A DNA stretch of 30,493 nucleotides from a virus (Duplodnaviria; Caudoviricetes). This document shows positions 27,501-30,493 of this stretch, in pieces. The DNA lies in the IMG/VR virus record IMGVR_UViG_3300048833_000741, positions 1 through 30,493 of that record; one strand, written 5' to 3'. Positions within the stretch are counted from its first letter, which is position 1. Each line of letters opens with the position of its first letter. Made by a program: the position numbers and the translations under genes. The notes under the pieces are model-generated. The model saw nothing but the letters and a program-made list of their open reading frames with translations, made no database searches and was not told where the DNA came from.

Positions 27501-28561
27501 CCGATGGGCGGGGCGTTGAGGCCGTCCGCCAGGACCGCGCTGCGTACGACCTGCCGCCCGGCGATCCGCGACCGGCCTCGCTGACCCGGTCGGTGGTGTT
27601 CGGCGCGCCGGACGTCGTGCTTCTCGACCTGCCGCAACTGTCCGAAGACCAGCCTGCGCATCGGCCGATGGTCGCGGCCTATTCCGTTCCTTGGCCGGGC
27701 GAGATGGCCGTATTCCGCAGCCCCTCCACCGATGGGTTCGCCTTGCTGACCACCTTCGGTAGTCGTGCCCGGATCGGTACACTGGTGTCGGACTTCTACC
27801 CGGGCCCGACCTCTCGCTTCGATCTCGGCAATGCGCTGGTCGTCGATCTGACCTCCGGCACGCTGGAAAGCGTCACCGATCTGACCCTGTTCGGCGGTGC
27901 CAATGCGCTGGCAGTGGAATCCACACTGGGCAAATGGGAAATCGTGCAAGCGGGTGTCGCCGAACTGATCGCCCCCGGTCGCTATCGCCTGACCCGCCTG
28001 TTGCGCGGTCAGCGTGGAACGGAAGGTGCTATTGGCAATCCGACCCCGCTAGGCGCGCGGGTGGTTGTGCTGGACTCTGCCCTTGCCCCGCTGCCGATCG
28101 CCGAAGCCGATCTCGGTCTGCCGTGGAACTGGCGCATCGGCCCTGCGGCGCGGGCGGTGAGCGACGCAAGCTACACCGCGCTGGCCTTTACGCCAGCCGG
28201 TCGCGGTCTCGTACCCTTCGCCCCGGTCCATGTCGCGCAGCCGTGGCGCACGGCACGCAGCCCGGGCGATTTGACAATCCGCTGGACGCGCCGGTCGCGC
28301 GCGCTGGTGGCCGATGCCTGGGAGCAGGTCGAGGTGCCGCTGGCCGAGGACCTGGAAAGCTACGACGTCCAGATCCTTGATGGTGCTGCGGTCAAGCGGA
28401 CGCTGACCAGCAGCACGACCTTCGTCCTCTACAGTGCAGCCCAGCAGGCGGCCGATTGGGGCGCACCGCTTGGGCCCGGCCAGACTTTGGCCATCCGCAT
28501 CTACCAGCTCTCGAACCGCCTCGGTCGCGGCGATCCCGCCACCGTCACCCTCCAGTTCTGA
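24596..28561 (+). CDS. Baseplate multidomain 'megatron' protein (GTA TIM-barrel + tail domains; RcGTA g15-like)
   Basis: YGRMRIGGNIIWA, PAYRGTAYVVF, YGGTPAD, YAADWSEY, FTELGCPAIDRGTNQPN, WTWDARPYP, LLRGQRGTE. Confidence 0.95.
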   Translation: MATLVLGAVGTAIGGAFGGAILGFSGAAIGGFIGSTVGSVVDSWIVSSLAPAQRIEGARLDTLRITSATEGAVILRLYGRMRIGGNIIWATDFREETKTTTQGGGKGGGGGKVKTTEYLYYASFAVALCEGPITGIGRVWADGKAMDMTGVTWRWYPGNETQTADPFIAAKMGAANTPAYRGTAYVVFEDLALATFGNRLPQLSFEVFRPLADADTAEGLTRAVTLIPASGEFTYATDAIRKGSGGATVAENLNALPDQPDIVVALDRLQAMAPAVESVSLVVAWFGNDLRAGFCKVKPGVEVATKATTPTNWSVNGVSRASAHLVSRDAEDRPVYGGTPADFAVVQAIQELKARGLRVTFYPFLLMDVPPGNTLPNPYSANAATPGQPAFPWRGRITCSPAAGFVGSVDKTGTAATQVSALFGAATPGNFSVSGESVSFTGSPSDWGLRRMVLHYAHLCAAAGGVDAFLIGTEMPGLTTIRSGTSSYPAVTAFKTLAADVSSILGAGTKIGYAADWSEYFGHHPQDGSSDVYFHLDPLWSDANIDFVGIDNYLPLSDWRDGFDHADALEGWPAIYDRAYLQANIAGGEGFDWFYASAADRSAQVRTAITDGAAGKPWVFRPKDIRAWWQSQHFNRPGGVESGLATAWVPQSKPIRFTELGCPAIDRGTNQPNVFFDPKSSESFTPYFSRGWRDDAIQRAYLEASYLHWGDPANNQLSSVYGGRMVHLPECAAWTWDARPYPFFPELTDVWTDGPNWRLGHWLTGRLGAVSLAALVRHLCLRAGMPEALIDVTGLWGAVEGYAISALEAPRSSISTLARHFGFDAIETEGMIRFVMRGRASVLTLAHDDLVASREGEALELVRAQETELPQALKWQVARADEDYDAALVEARRITVDTTRIASESFPMAIPPEEAERRCRRALMEAWIGRESATFRLPPSRLALDPADVIRLVHDGREIELRLVSIADSDGRGVEAVRQDRAAYDLPPGDPRPASLTRSVVFGAPDVVLLDLPQLSEDQPAHRPMVAAYSVPWPGEMAVFRSPSTDGFALLTTFGSRARIGTLVSDFYPGPTSRFDLGNALVVDLTSGTLESVTDLTLFGGANALAVESTLGKWEIVQAGVAELIAPGRYRLTRLLRGQRGTEGAIGNPTPLGARVVVLDSALAPLPIAEADLGLPWNWRIGPAARAVSDASYTALAFTPAGRGLVPFAPVHVAQPWRTARSPGDLTIRWTRRSRALVADAWEQVEVPLAEDLESYDVQILDGAAVKRTLTSSTTFVLYSAAQQAADWGAPLGPGQTLAIRIYQLSNRLGRGDPATVTLQF

Positions 28562-28570
28562 AGGCCCGTC

Positions 28571-30493
28571 ATGTCCGACACCTCCACCCACCTTGGCCTG
28601 CCATACCTGCTGGCGGCCCAAGCCCAGAAGCATGTCACCCACAACGAGGCCCTGCGCCTTCTGGACGCAATGGTTCAGCTTTCAGTCCTCGACCGGACGC
28701 GCACTACGCCCCCGGTCAGTCCCACCGATGGCGACCGCCACCTCGTGGCATCGGGCGCGACGGGCCTCTGGGCCGGGTGGGATCTGAACGTGGCCTTCTG
28801 GGTCGATGGCGTCTGGATGCGCCTCGTGCCGCGCCAAGGCTGGCTGGTCTGGATCGCGGCCGAGCAGGCGTTCCAGGTCTGGAATGGCAGCGCCTGGGAC
28901 CCTGTCGGTGTGCCGCAGGATGTATCCGACGCAATCTTCAGCCTAGTCAACGACACCGATCCGACGAAGAAGGCGCTGTTTTCGCTGTCGGGGATAACGA
29001 CTGGCACAACCCGGACCTTCACACTGCCGAACACCGCTTCGGAACTGGCGATCCTGGCGGGCACCCAGACCTTTACCGGCAACAAGACCTTCTCCGGGAC
29101 ACTGACCGCCTCGGGCACTGTGACGGTCTCGGCGGCATCGGCCAGCATCGGTACGGCGACGACGACTGCTACCTACGGCATGGGCACCGGGGCGACGACC
29201 ACCGGCGTCACCAAGACCGTGAACCTCGGCACCGGTGGCGCATCCGGATCGACCACGGTCGTCAACATCGGTTCGGCCACCGCAGGGGCCGGGGGCACCA
29301 CGGTCGTAAACACGCCGACCGTCACCTTCGCCAATGCGGTGACGCAGGTCGGCATGCCCCAAGCCAACCTGACCGCCCAGCTTCTGGGCCTCGGCGGGGC
29401 GACGGCTGACAGCTTCAACCGCGTGTCGGTCAACACCCCGGCACTGCTGTTCAACAACGCAGGCGCCGGGATTGAGGCCACCGTCAACAAGGCGGCGGCC
29501 GGGAACGATGCTGCCTTCGCCTTCAAGACCGGGTTTTCGGCCCGGGCGCTGATCGGCCTCTTGGGCAACGACGATTTCAGCTTCAAGGTCAGCCCGGATG
29601 GCTCGGCCTTCTTCGATGCCATCAAGGTGGATCGCACCAATGGCCAGGTGGAACTGCCGCAACCCACCATCCTGCCGGGTCTTGGCGCCGCACCGACCCC
29701 ACCGCCCACCGGCAAGGCGGCGATCTATGCGCGCAACAGGGCGGGGGCCCCGTGGATCGACGTCATGCGCCCCTCCGGCCGGGATTTCCCGCTGCAGCCG
29801 CACTTCGGGGTCAACCGGATCGCCAACTGGTCGCCCTCGGTCACCACCACGATCACCACCGAAGGCCTGCCCATCACCTCGGTCGGCACCGTTTCACACC
29901 CGACCCTCGCAGCTACCAACCTGGCCGCCAGCATGCGCCGCTGGCGGCTGACCTCGGCAGCAGTGGTGGATTCGGCCGCCGACCAGCGTTCTGCCGGCTG
30001 GGCATGCTGGCGTGGCAACGCCGCAGGGTTGGGCGGCTGGACCTTCGTCACGCGGATTTCGCTGACGACCCTACAGGCGACTGGCATGGGGTTCTTCGGA
30101 CTTTACGGATCGACGGCCGCGCTGGCCACCACCCTAACACTGGCCGCCGCCACCAACTGCATCGGCATCGGTTTCCAGCGCGGCTCCCACACCCGCTGGC
30201 AACTGGTCGCGAACGACGGCACCGGTGCACCGACGCTGACCGACATGGGGGCGAGTTTCGCCATCGCGACGGGTGGGGTGCTGACCCTGTTCATCGCGGC
30301 ACCGCCTAATGGCAGTTCGGTCTGGGTGCGGGTGGTCGACGAGGTGTCGGGCGCAGTGTTCGAGCAGGAGATCACCGCCGATCTACCTACCAACACACAG
30401 TTCCTGTCACCCCGGCTGTTCATGAACAACGGGGCAACGGCGGCAGCAGTCGCCTATGATTGCTCGGGGGTGTATGTGGAGACAGATTACTGA
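28571..30493 (+). CDS. DUF2793-domain tail fibre/spike protein
   Basis: LPYLLAAQAQKHVTHNEAL..LD N-terminus; Thr/Gly-rich beta segments; GLLGNDDFSFKVSPDG; stop at the window end. Confidence 0.88.
   Translation: MSDTSTHLGLPYLLAAQAQKHVTHNEALRLLDAMVQLSVLDRTRTTPPVSPTDGDRHLVASGATGLWAGWDLNVAFWVDGVWMRLVPRQGWLVWIAAEQAFQVWNGSAWDPVGVPQDVSDAIFSLVNDTDPTKKALFSLSGITTGTTRTFTLPNTASELAILAGTQTFTGNKTFSGTLTASGTVTVSAASASIGTATTTATYGMGTGATTTGVTKTVNLGTGGASGSTTVVNIGSATAGAGGTTVVNTPTVTFANAVTQVGMPQANLTAQLLGLGGATADSFNRVSVNTPALLFNNAGAGIEATVNKAAAGNDAAFAFKTGFSARALIGLLGNDDFSFKVSPDGSAFFDAIKVDRTNGQVELPQPTILPGLGAAPTPPPTGKAAIYARNRAGAPWIDVMRPSGRDFPLQPHFGVNRIANWSPSVTTTITTEGLPITSVGTVSHPTLAATNLAASMRRWRLTSAAVVDSAADQRSAGWACWRGNAAGLGGWTFVTRISLTTLQATGMGFFGLYGSTAALATTLTLAAATNCIGIGFQRGSHTRWQLVANDGTGAPTLTDMGASFAIATGGVLTLFIAAPPNGSSVWVRVVDEVSGAVFEQEITADLPTNTQFLSPRLFMNNGATAAAVAYDCSGVYVETDY

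Larger units (their letters stand above)
1..30493 (+). mobile_element. Prophage (siphovirus; lambda-like head/packaging, GTA-like tail tip), partial
   Basis: Contiguous, mostly co-oriented and often translationally coupled replication, terminase, portal, capsid, tail, lysis and baseplate genes; no host housekeeping genes in the window. Confidence 0.97.

Noticed and set aside
856-29803. Many long antisense and alternate-frame ORFs (e.g. 856-1809, 3272-4456, 12289-13806, 24407-25969, 26261-27949)
   Set aside because: Shadows of GC-rich real genes, with no motifs, RBS or coupling, unlike the 5137-6336 frame
21295-30493. Calling the region a gene transfer agent cluster
   Set aside because: It has its own replication genes, a cos-type gpA terminase, a lambda portal and a long tape measure

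Overview
The whole window is one GC-rich temperate siphovirus prophage, most likely from an alphaproteobacterial (Rhodobacteraceae-like) host. It runs from the replication module to a tail fibre gene and is truncated on the left; no integrase, repressor or att site is in view. Gene order on the + strand: primase-helicase, palindrome-rich origin-like region, RuvC-like resolvase, small HTH regulator, promoter/terminator and lambda-like cos region, two orphan DNA methyltransferases, lambda-type packaging and head genes, tail genes with a -1 frameshift chaperone, then an RcGTA-like tail tip split by a lysis cassette. Four minus-strand genes interrupt this: two AT-richer morons (DUF429-like, DUF2971-like), a DUF3489 gene and a 74-aa gene. 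The most striking feature is a C5 cytosine methyltransferase locus that is dual-coding over about 1.2 kb. One frame carries motifs I-VIII and X; the +1 frame carries six tandem WPTP-type repeats plus motif IX. This resembles the M.EcoHK31I alpha/beta arrangement, but with a repeat array. Also notable: a Q/pR'/tR'-like late control region next to the DUF6362-like gene, and an amber stop inside the NlpC/P60 tail gene. Family names come from motif recognition and recall; no database searches were run.
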